A stretch of 64,000 nt of DNA from positions 32,001-96,000 of the forward strand of contig CAVYTU010000013.1 in the NCBI GenBank assembly GCA_963771465.1, written 5' to 3'. Both the position numbers and the translations under genes were made by a program. The notes below the pieces were generated by a model. The model was not told where the DNA came from. It ran no database searches and was given only the letters and a program-made list of their open reading frames with translations. The stretch is from an uncultured delta proteobacterium (GTDB lineage: Bacteria; Desulfobacterota; Binatia; UBA9968). Shown piece by piece: positions 47,744-57,535 of the stretch (its first letter is position 1; each line of letters starts with the position of its first letter).

Positions 47744-48730
47744 TTATTTGTACAGTTCTTTGATGAAACCGGACTTTTCCAGCTCCGCGACAAACGAGTT
47801 GTCGATGAACTGTTCCGGCTTAGCGGTTTTGCCGCCGGGATTGACCGAATAGTTGAGCAACGTCTGCATGGCTGCGGTGGAAACGTACGGCGCCTGCTCC
47901 CAGAATTTCACATAGGTGTTGTAAGTTTCGTCGAGGTCTTCCTTGTTATCGGTCTTGGTGTATTTGGCAATGATCTGTTTGGTCGCCTCCGGATCGGTGC
48001 GGGCGATTTTGGTCCCTTCGATATAGCCCTGAACGTAGCGCCGTACCTTGTCGGGATTGGCCGCGATGAAATCGCGCGTGGTCGCCAATCCGGCGTGGAT
48101 CATCGGGATATTGCGAGCGCCCACATCGATCAGCTCCTTTAGCCCGGCTTGGCGCAGCTTCAACGTCGACGGTGCGGAAACCACCGCAGCGTCGATGCGT
48201 CCCGCGCTGAGCGCGGTGATGATATCAGGCATGCCCTGCAAGTGAGTGACCTGCACGTCTTTGCCCGGCACCATGCCGGCCTGTTGAAACAGCATCTTGG
48301 CGGTGAGGTCGGTGGTCGAACCCGGCAAAGTTACGCCGAAAATCTTGCCGCGCAGCTCGCTTAACTGTTTAAATTCAGGCTTGCTGTACACGGAGAGCAC
48401 GGCGCGATTCAAAATGCCGATGATAAAGGCGATGCGCGCACCGCCAAGACCGGCTTCGATGATTTCCGTTGCCGGGTTGACGATGTCCATGCTTCCCGAA
48501 AGAAGCGCTTGGGTGCCGGTGGCGGACAGCAAATATTTCATGTCAACTGCCAAGCCATATTTCGCGAACAGACCTTTGTCCGACGCCAGCCAAAGCGGCG
48601 CGAATGCGCCGCCGATGGATGCGTAGGTCGCGCGCAGTGGAATCAACTCGGCGCTCCAAGCGGCGTTACTCGATAGGGCGCCAATCGTAAAGACGGTCAA
48701 AATTAGCTGCTTGAATCGGCTAAATCGCAT
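47744..48730 (-). CDS. ABC substrate-binding protein, NMT1/SsuA-like
   Basis: Signal peptide, GLFAKYGLAV, ELRGKIFGVT.PGSTTD and ELEKSGFIKELYK motifs. Confidence 0.88.
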   Translation of the reverse strand: MRFSRFKQLILTVFTIGALSSNAAWSAELIPLRATYASIGGAFAPLWLASDKGLFAKYGLAVDMKYLLSATGTQALLSGSMDIVNPATEIIEAGLGGARIAFIIGILNRAVLSVYSKPEFKQLSELRGKIFGVTLPGSTTDLTAKMLFQQAGMVPGKDVQVTHLQGMPDIITALSAGRIDAAVVSAPSTLKLRQAGLKELIDVGARNIPMIHAGLATTRDFIAANPDKVRRYVQGYIEGTKIARTDPEATKQIIAKYTKTDNKEDLDETYNTYVKFWEQAPYVSTAAMQTLLNYSVNPGGKTAKPEQFIDNSFVAELEKSGFIKELYK

Positions 48731-48915
48731 CGGCGTCCACCCTCGTTAAAAGTCTGTGATCTTATAGTAAAAATTAGCTCATCCCGCTAGTGCCGATGAT
48801 CCCGACGGCGAATGGGACGTTACCACCGCGGCGTGCGACTATGTTAGGAATAGCTGGCCGCTGGAGAGGCGATGGCTGGTGAAGCAGACTTAGGCCGACG
48901 ACGGAGGACAATCGA

Positions 48916-49872
48916 ATGAAAGGCCAAACCGTTTTCACCGTTGTGCTGGCGCTGATCTGGGCCGCGCCGATCGACGTTACGGTTACCGCGGCTGACGCGC
49001 CGCTGCAGGTGCGCTTTGCCTACGCGAGCCGAAGCAATATTGTCACGCCCAAACACGTGGCGCAGTCGAAAGGATTCTTTAAAGCCGAAGGCTTGGAAGT
49101 CGAAATGATTCAAATGAATCCTCGACTCAGCGCCACCGCGATTATCAACGGCGACGTGACTTACGCCGATGCATTCACCAGCACCTTTCGCGGCATCATG
49201 CAGGGCTTTCCAATCAAACTAGTCTTTGTGCATCAGAAGAAAGGGCCATATTTTTTGATCGCCCGTCCGGAAATCAAGGACGTCCAACAGCTTAAGGGCA
49301 AGAAACTCGGAGTCGCGACGATCCGCGGCTCTGATCATCTGGTCGCCGATGAATTGATGTTGTCGAAAGGTTTCAATCCGGCTGGAGTCCAGCCCATCGG
49401 TGTCGGCGACGCGTCGATGCGCTATCAGGCGATGATCGGCGGCGCCATCGATGTCGTGGCGGTGGCGACGCCGCAAGATTTGATGTTGCGGCAAAAGGGT
49501 TTCACGGTATTAGCGGGCCCGCCGGAAGTCGGCGTGCCGGGCTCGGGCGTGTTCACTTCCGAGAAGTTTCTCCGCGAGAATCCGCTGGCGGTCAAAAAAA
49601 CACTTGGAGCTTTATTCCGCTCGCATAACTTCATTCTCGATAATAAGGCGGAGACGATTCAGGCGATGATGAGATGGCTGCCGCAGTCGCTGGAAGTGGC
49701 GACTCATTCCTACGACATCGAGATGAAGGTGCTGACCCGTGACGGATTGATGACCGACAACGAGATCGACACGCTGATCGCCAAGCTCGGCGAGAAAAAG
49801 CGTCCGATGGACGAAGTACGCGACTTCACCTTGGCACGCCAAGCGTTGAAGGAATTGGAGAGCGGGAAATAA
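48916..49872 (+). CDS. ABC substrate-binding protein, close paralog of 46621-47565
   Basis: Shared AYASRS, IQMNPRL, FTSTFRG, KKGPY, RPEIKDVQQLKGKK and KKRP.DEVRDF blocks. Confidence 0.88.
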   Translation: MKGQTVFTVVLALIWAAPIDVTVTAADAPLQVRFAYASRSNIVTPKHVAQSKGFFKAEGLEVEMIQMNPRLSATAIINGDVTYADAFTSTFRGIMQGFPIKLVFVHQKKGPYFLIARPEIKDVQQLKGKKLGVATIRGSDHLVADELMLSKGFNPAGVQPIGVGDASMRYQAMIGGAIDVVAVATPQDLMLRQKGFTVLAGPPEVGVPGSGVFTSEKFLRENPLAVKKTLGALFRSHNFILDNKAETIQAMMRWLPQSLEVATHSYDIEMKVLTRDGLMTDNEIDTLIAKLGEKKRPMDEVRDFTLARQALKELESGK

Positions 49873-49875
49873 ATG

Positions 49876-49903
49876 GTAAGGGGCGGTTGCGATCGCCCCT
49901 TAC
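49876..49903. repeat. REP-like hairpin or bidirectional terminator between convergent genes
   Basis: GTAAGGGGCG-gttgcgat-CGCCCCTTAC. Confidence 0.7.
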
Positions 49904-49930
49904 ACATTTCGATTCCGAAAATCTCGACGA

Positions 49931-50338
49931 CTATTGGCGTGCGCCGAACGTGTTCTGCTGAACCATCCAATCTTTTTGCGGCGAGAGATCAACGCGTTTG
50001 TTGTCGACCATTTGGTCTTTGGCCGTGACGCGGAGAATCTCGAGGGGATCTTTTGAGCCGCTTTCGAACCAGTACTTGAAGCCGCGTGGGATCAAGATTC
50101 CTTCGCCTTTCTGATACTCGCCGATCAGCTTATCGCCTTCGCCATAAAACTTGACCGCGCCGCTGACGACGTACCAGAAGGCGTCGTCGCCGGTATGGGT
50201 GTGGAGATTGTTCTCGCCGCCGTCTTTGACGATCTGCATCTGGACCTTCATGAGATCGCTGCTGCAAACCGTCAGGGTTTTCTTAACGCCCTCGAACTCG
50301 GGCGTTTGGAATCTGAATTCTTTTGCATCCTGTGCCAT
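49931..50338 (-). CDS. Cupin domain protein
   Basis: GGENNLHTHTGDDAFWYVVSG and LIPRGFKYWF motifs. Confidence 0.85.
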   Translation of the reverse strand: MAQDAKEFRFQTPEFEGVKKTLTVCSSDLMKVQMQIVKDGGENNLHTHTGDDAFWYVVSGAVKFYGEGDKLIGEYQKGEGILIPRGFKYWFESGSKDPLEILRVTAKDQMVDNKRVDLSPQKDWMVQQNTFGARQ

Positions 50339-50541
50339 GAGTCACCTCGCTCTGAAGAATTGTGCCAGCTTAGTCCCGATTGTGTCTGACGGTCAAGAGC
50401 GCGCCGCGAGTCAGGTAAATTTCGCGCCGAGGCGTTGACGCTTCGCTGGGTCCTATATTACTTATGCCGACAACCACAAGAGCGGCTTGGTCGAGCAACT
50501 GCAAGGCAAGTGAGGATGGAGTCGGAGAATGGAGCGGTAAA

Positions 50542-51894
50542 ATGGGAAGTGTGACCATTGCCAATGCGCTAATCATTCCCATGACGGCAGATCGTCGTTC
50601 GTTCAACGGCTATGTGCGGACGGGCGACGGTGCGATCACTGCCGTCGCCAGCGGCGCACCGCCGCAAAGTGCCGAGGACAACGAGACGATCGATGCGTCT
50701 GGTTGTGTGCTGATGCCCGGCCTGATCAACGCGCATACCCATCTTTATCAAGTTTTGCTGCGCGCGGTGTGGGAAGACTTAGAGCTCATGCCCTGGCTGA
50801 AACGGATCTACGGCTGCGCTCGTGTTTTGACGCCGGAGCATTTTTATCAGGGCAGTCTACTCGGCTGTGTCGAGACGATTCGTAGCGGTGTGACGACGGT
50901 GTGCGAGCATAATTTTCTCAATCCCAGTCCGGAGTGCGCGTTGGAATCCGTTCGGGCGATCCAAGAATCCCGTTTGCGCGCGGTGTTTGCGCGCACGGTC
51001 ATGGACACCGGCGAGATCGTGCCGGACTGTACCAAAGAAAAACCCGAGCAGGCGTTTCAGCGTATCGACACCATGCTCGCCAAACACAAAAATAATCCAC
51101 GGCTGACTTTCATGACGGGTCCGAATACACCGCCGATCAACACGACGCCTGACTTGCTCAGGGAAGTGCGCCGTTTTGCCGACGATAAGTCGATCGGCAT
51201 CAGCGCCCACGTGGCCGAGTCGAAATCGGTGGTCGATGCGGTAAGAAAACAACATGGCGCCGACGGCGTCGTCGAATTTCTGCACCGGTTCGGCATTCCG
51301 GCCAAGAACTCGATCTTCGCTCACTCGGTCCATGTATCGGCGGAGGAAATTCAAATTCTCCGAGAAACCGGTACTTCGGTGTCGCACAATCCGGTGAGCA
51401 ACATGATGCTCGGCGACGGCGTGGCGCCGGTGGTGGAGATGCTGCGCCAAGGCGTCAATGTCGGTCTTGGCACCGACGGCGCGGCGAGTAATCACTCGCA
51501 GGATCTCTTCGACACGATGAAGGCGGCATCGCTGTTGCAGAAAGTGCATCATCACAACGCCGGCGTGATCAAGCCCTATGACATTCTACGCATGGCGACG
51601 ATTGGCGGCGCGCGGGCGCTCGGGCTCGATGCCATTTGCGGTACCATCGAAGTTGGCAAGCGGGCCGATTTGATTCTAGTTAATCTCGACACGGTTCATA
51701 ACCAGCCGGTAAACGACATTTTCAGCCAGATCGTTCACTGCGCCAAAGCGAGCGACGTGCAGACGGTGATCGTCGACGGCGAGATCGTGATGCGCGATCG
51801 CCGGTTGACCAAGCTCGATGACGGCAAGATACTTGCCGATGGGAAAATTGCCAATCGCGATCTGATGGAGCGAGTGAGCCGGCTGTCGTTCTAG
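50542..51894 (+). CDS. Metal-dependent amidohydrolase (MTA/SAH deaminase, SsnA/AtzA-like)
   Basis: MPGLINAHTH, AHVAES, FAHSVH, HNPVSN, LGTDGAASN and GTIEVGKRAD motifs. Confidence 0.9.
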   Translation: MGSVTIANALIIPMTADRRSFNGYVRTGDGAITAVASGAPPQSAEDNETIDASGCVLMPGLINAHTHLYQVLLRAVWEDLELMPWLKRIYGCARVLTPEHFYQGSLLGCVETIRSGVTTVCEHNFLNPSPECALESVRAIQESRLRAVFARTVMDTGEIVPDCTKEKPEQAFQRIDTMLAKHKNNPRLTFMTGPNTPPINTTPDLLREVRRFADDKSIGISAHVAESKSVVDAVRKQHGADGVVEFLHRFGIPAKNSIFAHSVHVSAEEIQILRETGTSVSHNPVSNMMLGDGVAPVVEMLRQGVNVGLGTDGAASNHSQDLFDTMKAASLLQKVHHHNAGVIKPYDILRMATIGGARALGLDAICGTIEVGKRADLILVNLDTVHNQPVNDIFSQIVHCAKASDVQTVIVDGEIVMRDRRLTKLDDGKILADGKIANRDLMERVSRLSF

Positions 51895-51955
51895 CCTGTG
51901 CACTGCGACTGCTGATAGCAGTTTTCAATCAACTCTGATGACGAGGATCGGTGGG

Positions 51956-52034
51956 AAAGATTTCTCAGTCGCTTCGCTTCTTCGAAATGACGGATAAAGC
52001 CTGCTTGTCATTTCGACCTTTGGGAGAAATCTTT
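51956..52034. repeat. REP-like palindrome pair
   Basis: aaagatttctc...ttcgaaatgac ... gtcatttcgacctttgggagaaatcttt. Confidence 0.75.
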
Positions 52035-52042
52035 TTCCGGCC

Positions 52043-52909
52043 ATGATCTACTTGCTCCTCGCCATCCTCGGCTCTGGCGTCATTCCGGTTGTTTTTCGCG
52101 CTTTCGGAGGTTGGCGCGTCAATCTGTTTTGGGCCATTCCGATCAACTACGTTGTTTGCGTGGCGATTGGAAACTTTCTCGCAAAAAATTCTCTCGATAT
52201 TCCAACCTTGGCTTCGCAGCCATGGATCGGTTTGGCGGCGCTTCAGGGAATGCTCCTGGCGGTGAATTTTTTCTTGCTGGCGCACACAGCGCAGCGCGCC
52301 GGCGTGGCGATCGCCGCGCTGGCGAGTCGCTTGTCCGTGGCGATTCCGTCGTTGCTCGCGTTCGTGCTTTATGACGACACGCTGACGCCGGTAAAAATTG
52401 CCGGGCTCGTGGCCGCGTTGGTCGCATTGTATTTATGCACCGCGCCGGATCGAGGCAGCGGCGGACTTAGCTCGCGCTTATTTCATTTTCTGCCGATTTT
52501 GGTGTTCGCCACCTTCGGCTGCTATTTCACGATTCTAAAATACTTGCAGAGTTACTATCTCAATCCGTCCAACTATCACGCCTATGTCATGTCCGGATTC
52601 GTCTTTGCGTTTATTTCGAGCGTCGTAATCGGCGTCGGCAAGCGCGTGTTCTCGACCGCGGACTTTCAAATTGGCAACCTTCTGGCTGGCATCGGTCTGG
52701 GCTGCATCAATTACCTCGCAGTCTACGCGCTGCTCAGAGTGCTGGCGTTGCAAGGTTGGGAAAGCTCCCAGCTCTATCCGATTTATAGCGTCGGCGTCGT
52801 TGCGGTGAGCACGGTTTTGGCGTTTCTCTGTTTTCGCGAAAAATTATCAGCCCAGAAAACCATCGGCTTAGCCGTCGGTCTCGTCGCCGTGGCGCTACTC
52901 AATCGATGA
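52043..52909 (+). CDS. DMT/EamA family transporter
   Basis: About 10 hydrophobic helices and a C-terminal FREKLS...IGL motif. Confidence 0.8.
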   Translation: MIYLLLAILGSGVIPVVFRAFGGWRVNLFWAIPINYVVCVAIGNFLAKNSLDIPTLASQPWIGLAALQGMLLAVNFFLLAHTAQRAGVAIAALASRLSVAIPSLLAFVLYDDTLTPVKIAGLVAALVALYLCTAPDRGSGGLSSRLFHFLPILVFATFGCYFTILKYLQSYYLNPSNYHAYVMSGFVFAFISSVVIGVGKRVFSTADFQIGNLLAGIGLGCINYLAVYALLRVLALQGWESSQLYPIYSVGVVAVSTVLAFLCFREKLSAQKTIGLAVGLVAVALLNR

Positions 52910-52962
52910 TTCTGCTCGGTCAGAACTGGGCAGATAAAACTTCAGTAACTCACCGTTCCCAG

Positions 52963-54513
52963 TTACGCGATCTTCATATCCCAGCCGAGCACTTTCTCAT
53001 CGGGGCGCATCTTCCATTGCAGATTTTTTGCCGCGCCGTAGATAGTCGCGAGATTGTAGAGCGGCACGTACGGCGCGTCGTCCATAAGAATCTTGCCGGC
53101 TTGCTGTAGCAGCGCGATGCGTTTTTTGTTATCGGGGATTTGTTGCTCTTCGTCGATCAACTTGTCGAACGCCGGATTGCTGTAATTGCAGCGCTTGGTC
53201 GTGCCGGTGCGAAAATATTGATCGTAAAAAGTGTCGGCGTCGGTGAGCGAGCCGCGATTGTTATAATAAAAAGGCAGCTTGCCGCCGTTGACTCCGTCGG
53301 GACCCCAGAAGAGCGCCCATTCCTGCGAAATCAGTTCCACTCGAAAGCCGCCTTTGACCATCTGCGCGGCGATGACTTGGCAGACTTCGCGGTCTTTCGG
53401 ATAACGGCCGGCGGAGTAGTAAAGCTGCACGTCGCAGCCGTTGGCGTAGCCGGCCTGCGCCAAGAGTTCTTTCGCCTTCTGTGGATTGTACGGATAGCGT
53501 TTCAGTTTTGGATCGGTGCCGACGACCTGCGCGCCGACCGGTCCGGGAGTCGGATAGCCGAGACCGTCAAAGATATTTTTGATCAACGCCGTAGCATCGA
53601 CACTGTAATTCACCGCCTGGCGCACCAGCTTATTATCGAAAGGCTTGTAAGCGACGTTCATCATCAGAAAATACATTTCCAAGCCTTCGATCTTGTCGAC
53701 TCTGACGCGCGGATGCCGCTCGAGGCGCGCGACTTCATGGACCGGCACGTCGTTGATGAAATCCGTCTGACCGGATTCCAACGCGGCGAGTCGGGCGCCG
53801 TCTTCGATAACCTTGCGAAAGACGATTTCTTTGATCGCCGCTTTGCCACCCCAATAATCATCGTTGCGCGTGAATACGAGATTGCCGCCGCGTTGAAAAC
53901 TGACGAATTTGTAAGGGCCGGTGCCGGTGGGGTGTTCGAGCCATTGATCGCCATACTTTTCGCCGGCGACTTTGCTAACGATGAAACGGTTGCGCAGGCG
54001 ATCCAAGAAGATCGCCAGAGGTTGTTTAGTGACGAAGATGACTGTTTGATCGTCGGGTGTCTGGATCTCAGTCACATCTTTGAAATTGGACGCTTGCAAG
54101 CTGCCGCCTTTTTCGTCGCGCATTTTTTCCACCGAGTAGGCGACGTCTTTTGAAGTGAGCGGCGCGCCGTTGTGGAATCTTATTCCTTTTCTTAGCTTGA
54201 ACGCCCAGCGCGTTCCTTGGAATTGCCACGACTCGGCGAGGACACCGACCCAGTCCTTCTTCTTGTAATCGAGCTCGACCAGCGGCTCGAAGACATGTTG
54301 CCAATTACCGTAAATCGAACCGGAGCTTTGTTTGTAGAGATGGATCGAGTCGGCGACGGTGTTGTGATAGATGGTCACGCGGTCGCGCGACGCAGCTAAG
54401 GCATCGCGCGAAATGTGTGGCGTAATCAGCGCGCCGACGCCGACCGCGGCGCTCTGTTTCAAGAATTCGCGACGGCTGAATGATAACCTGCTTTTCGCCA
54501 TGTGTTCCTCCAT
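52963..54513 (-). CDS. Family 5 (peptide/nickel) ABC substrate-binding protein with Tat signal
   Basis: SRREFLK, LAESW, F.LRKGIRFHNG.PLTS.DV and PTGTGPYKF motifs. Confidence 0.92.
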   Translation of the reverse strand: MEEHMAKSRLSFSRREFLKQSAAVGVGALITPHISRDALAASRDRVTIYHNTVADSIHLYKQSSGSIYGNWQHVFEPLVELDYKKKDWVGVLAESWQFQGTRWAFKLRKGIRFHNGAPLTSKDVAYSVEKMRDEKGGSLQASNFKDVTEIQTPDDQTVIFVTKQPLAIFLDRLRNRFIVSKVAGEKYGDQWLEHPTGTGPYKFVSFQRGGNLVFTRNDDYWGGKAAIKEIVFRKVIEDGARLAALESGQTDFINDVPVHEVARLERHPRVRVDKIEGLEMYFLMMNVAYKPFDNKLVRQAVNYSVDATALIKNIFDGLGYPTPGPVGAQVVGTDPKLKRYPYNPQKAKELLAQAGYANGCDVQLYYSAGRYPKDREVCQVIAAQMVKGGFRVELISQEWALFWGPDGVNGGKLPFYYNNRGSLTDADTFYDQYFRTGTTKRCNYSNPAFDKLIDEEQQIPDNKKRIALLQQAGKILMDDAPYVPLYNLATIYGAAKNLQWKMRPDEKVLGWDMKIA

Positions 54514-54528
54514 GATGAGAACTTTCTT

Positions 54529-55944
54529 TCATGCACACGCGATCGCCGGGCGGCGGGTGTGCCAGTCGGTTGCGCTCTGATAGGCCGCGGAAGCGTTCAG
54601 CACCGTTTGATCGGCAAACCACGCGCCGATCAGTTGCATGCCGATCGGCAGGCCTTCGGGATTGATTCCACAAGGCAGCGAACAACCGGGCAAGCCGAGC
54701 ATGCTGGGGAAGCGCAAGAGATTGGACTGATTATAACTCGCGTGCCGGGCGTCGTCGCCGTTGCCTTTTACGCCTTCGGACAACGGTGGCGCGACTCGTG
54801 CTGTCGTCGGTGCAGCGATGATGTCGATTTTTTCATAAGTCGATCGGAGCGCTTCGCGAATACGCTGACGCGCGCGCTGGGCGGTCAGATATTCCGATGC
54901 GGTGATCGCCATGCCCACGGCTAAGCCGCGCGCCACATGCGGCACGAAGTCATGATAGCGCTCGCGAAACCAGCGGCGATTTATCCCGGCGCTTTCGGCC
55001 GAACTGGTCAGCATCGAGGTCATCGCCGCGTAGCTCAACTCTGGCACGTCGACATCGACGATCTCACTGCCTTGGCTGGCTAGGACTTTGAGTGCCGCGT
55101 CGAACGCAGCCCGCACTTCGGCGTCCACGCCATCGAGAAATTTCCTGAGCACGCCGACTCGCTTTTTTGCGTTCGCATCCAGCCGCGACGTGTACGCCGG
55201 AGTGTCTTGATGCACGCTGGCCGGGTCGCGGGGATCGAAACCTGCGGCCAGGTCGAGTCCGAGCGCGATATCTTTCACAGCGCGGGCAAAAAGGCCGACA
55301 TGATCTTGGCTCCAGGCACCGCGAAAGGAACCGTGCCGGCTGATGATGCCAAAGGTCGGTTTGAAGCCGACGATGCCGCAGTAGGAGGCTGGACGGCGAA
55401 CGGATGAACCGGTTTCGGTGCCGTAGGAGATTGGACCGATTCCGCTCGCCACGGCAGCCGCCGAGCCGCCGCTCGAACCGCCGGCGATTCGGTCAAGATG
55501 CCACGGATTGTGCACTGGACCGAAGTGCGAGAGTGTCGAGGTGCCGCCATGGCCAAATTCATCGAGATTAGTTTTTCCGATGATGATGGCGCCGCCAGCG
55601 TGAAGCCGTTCCACGAGGGTCGAGTCCGTGTCGGGAATCCAGTCTTGCAAAATTTTCGACCCGCCTGTGGTGCGCACGCCCTTCGTGTTGAACATGTCTT
55701 TGATCGTCACCGGCACGCCGTGCAGGGCGCCGCGATAATTGCCGCGGCCGATTTCTTCATCGGCTTTTTTCGCTTCAGCGCGCGCTTGCTCGCCGAGCAC
55801 GGTGATGAAAGCGTTGAGCTTTCCTTCGAGCCGTTCCAGTTGGGTCAATGCGGCGGTCACGGCTTCCGCTGACGAGAGCTGGCGGCCGGCGATCAGCCAG
55901 GAGAGATCGTTGAGGGACAATTCGAAAATTTCGTTGGGCGCCAC
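54529..55944 (-). CDS. Amidase signature enzyme (GatA/AtzE-like)
   Basis: GVPVTIKD, GKTNLDEF, GGSSGGS and GTETGSSVRRPAS motifs. GTG 55944 lies right after the stop of the upstream small gene. Confidence 0.9.
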   Translation of the reverse strand: MAPNEIFELSLNDLSWLIAGRQLSSAEAVTAALTQLERLEGKLNAFITVLGEQARAEAKKADEEIGRGNYRGALHGVPVTIKDMFNTKGVRTTGGSKILQDWIPDTDSTLVERLHAGGAIIIGKTNLDEFGHGGTSTLSHFGPVHNPWHLDRIAGGSSGGSAAAVASGIGPISYGTETGSSVRRPASYCGIVGFKPTFGIISRHGSFRGAWSQDHVGLFARAVKDIALGLDLAAGFDPRDPASVHQDTPAYTSRLDANAKKRVGVLRKFLDGVDAEVRAAFDAALKVLASQGSEIVDVDVPELSYAAMTSMLTSSAESAGINRRWFRERYHDFVPHVARGLAVGMAITASEYLTAQRARQRIREALRSTYEKIDIIAAPTTARVAPPLSEGVKGNGDDARHASYNQSNLLRFPSMLGLPGCSLPCGINPEGLPIGMQLIGAWFADQTVLNASAAYQSATDWHTRRPAIACA

Positions 55945-55946
55945 GG

Positions 55947-56135
55947 TTACGCCTTTTTTCCCGCCGGTTGTGTTTGCAGCGAAATCCACGGCGTGTCTTT
56001 AGCGAACTCTTCCAGCTCAGCGACGACTCGCAGGTTGTCTTCGATCTCTTTGGCGATCGTTTCGAGATCGGCGGGCGCAATTGTCACACCTTCTAGCAAT
56101 GCCAATCGGTGTGCGAGATTATCTTGATCCTTCAT
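55947..56135 (-). CDS. 62-aa acidic GatC/AtzG-like amidase partner
   Basis: AAGGAG RBS; LALLEGVTIAPADLE.IA..I...L..V..LEEF pattern; coupled to the amidase. Confidence 0.7.
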   Translation of the reverse strand: MKDQDNLAHRLALLEGVTIAPADLETIAKEIEDNLRVVAELEEFAKDTPWISLQTQPAGKKA

Positions 56136-56184
56136 GCGGATCTCCTTACGCGTCGTGTCGAGTGACTGAGTTTAACACCTTCAG

Positions 56185-57198
56185 TTAGGCGCCATTGCCG
56201 GCGACTGCCGTCAGCGCCGGAAGAACTTCGCCCAAGAAAATGCCGAACTGTTCGTTCAGATCGTCGCCGATCGGGCGAATCGCGACATGGTCGACGCCGG
56301 CTTCGATAAAGCGACTCACGCAGTCAACGCAATGTTCTACAGATCCGCAGGCAGTCCAGATTTCCACGCCCTCGCGGGTAAAATCTTTTTGGTAATAAGC
56401 ATCGAGAAAGGTTTTCGCTTCGCGAAACGCTTGATCACGATCGCGGTTGACGGCAACGCCGTAGTACAGAACCGTCTTGAATGCATTTGGATCACGCCCT
56501 TCTTCAATCAACATCTGTCGCAATCGCGGCAGATAATCTTGAAACATGGCGAGCTCGATCTGATTGGTCATCCAGCCGTCGGCGTAGCGAGCGATGCGCC
56601 GTAGCGAGCGTTCGACGCCGCGCGCGCCGATCTGCGCTGGCCGCGGCGTTCCGGCGATGTAGATAGGGCAGGGTTTTTGCGCCGGCTTGGGCAACAGATC
56701 CACATCGTCAAAAGAATAATACTTGCCGTGAAAGGTGGCGTGCTCGTCGGTCCAAAGAACGCGCAGGGCTTGCAGCATCTCTTCCAACCGTCCCGGGCGC
56801 TCTTTGCTTTGGACGCCCATCACTTCGAGCTCCTTGGCCGCCATCGGATGTTGGCTCGCCGGATAACCCATGCACGCCGCCAACCAAGTGCGGCCGCCCG
56901 AGAGCACGTCGAGACTCGCCCACTGCAACGCGAGCAGCACAGGATTGCGTTGCGCGATGGTCGCCATGCACGCGACGCCCAGCTTAACCCGCGAAGTGTG
57001 CGCCGCGATGGCGCCCAACAGCGGGATGCATTCCAAGCGCGGCTTGCTCAAGATGCTGTCGCCGACCCAGATCGCGTCGATAAAGCCGCTGTTCTCAGCC
57101 GCCGCCGCCATGTCGATCAGTTCGCGCGCCGGCGTGCCCTTGGTCACCAGCGCTCGGTTAGACAAGGTGAGACCGAAAGTAGTTTTTCTTTCCGCCAT
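56185..57198 (-). CDS. LLM class flavin-dependent oxidoreductase
   Basis: AIWVGDS, RVKLGVA, SLDVLSGGR, PKPAQKP and RIARYADGW motifs. Confidence 0.88.
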   Translation of the reverse strand: MAERKTTFGLTLSNRALVTKGTPARELIDMAAAAENSGFIDAIWVGDSILSKPRLECIPLLGAIAAHTSRVKLGVACMATIAQRNPVLLALQWASLDVLSGGRTWLAACMGYPASQHPMAAKELEVMGVQSKERPGRLEEMLQALRVLWTDEHATFHGKYYSFDDVDLLPKPAQKPCPIYIAGTPRPAQIGARGVERSLRRIARYADGWMTNQIELAMFQDYLPRLRQMLIEEGRDPNAFKTVLYYGVAVNRDRDQAFREAKTFLDAYYQKDFTREGVEIWTACGSVEHCVDCVSRFIEAGVDHVAIRPIGDDLNEQFGIFLGEVLPALTAVAGNGA

Positions 57199-57466
57199 GC
57201 CGGCGAGCATAGGACGAGGGCGCGAAGGTTTTCAAGCGTGGGATAAATTAATCCACATTTAAGTCGAGTGCGCGACATCGTGCGCGAGGCGATCAGATTA
57301 TTGTCTTGAACTAACCGCAACACGCGTCACGCCGGCCAGATCGAATATCTGCGCGGCTTCGTTAAATTCAATGATTGGTTTCTGGGGGCGGAGAAGTGAA
57401 GTTGAATATGCTTTTCGCGGCTGGTCGGAAGGTCAGTGGTTCAATCGATAGAATGGCCTTCGACAG

Positions 57467-57535
57467 GTTTAACGCAAAACTAACCGGCGCGTGCTAGCTC
57501 GCTGGCACCTGTCCGGGTTGAGCACGTAGTTAGCC
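57467..57535 (-). mobile_element. Integron attC site (69 bp)
   Basis: Minus strand reads GGCTAAC (R'')-TACGT-GCTCAACC (L'' with extra C)-central stem-GGTTAGT (L')-TTTGC-GTTAAAC (R'). Confidence 0.8.

Noticed and set aside
54529-56135. gatCA assignment
   Set aside because: There is no gatB, the context is catabolic and the small protein is shorter than GatC, so no symbol is given.
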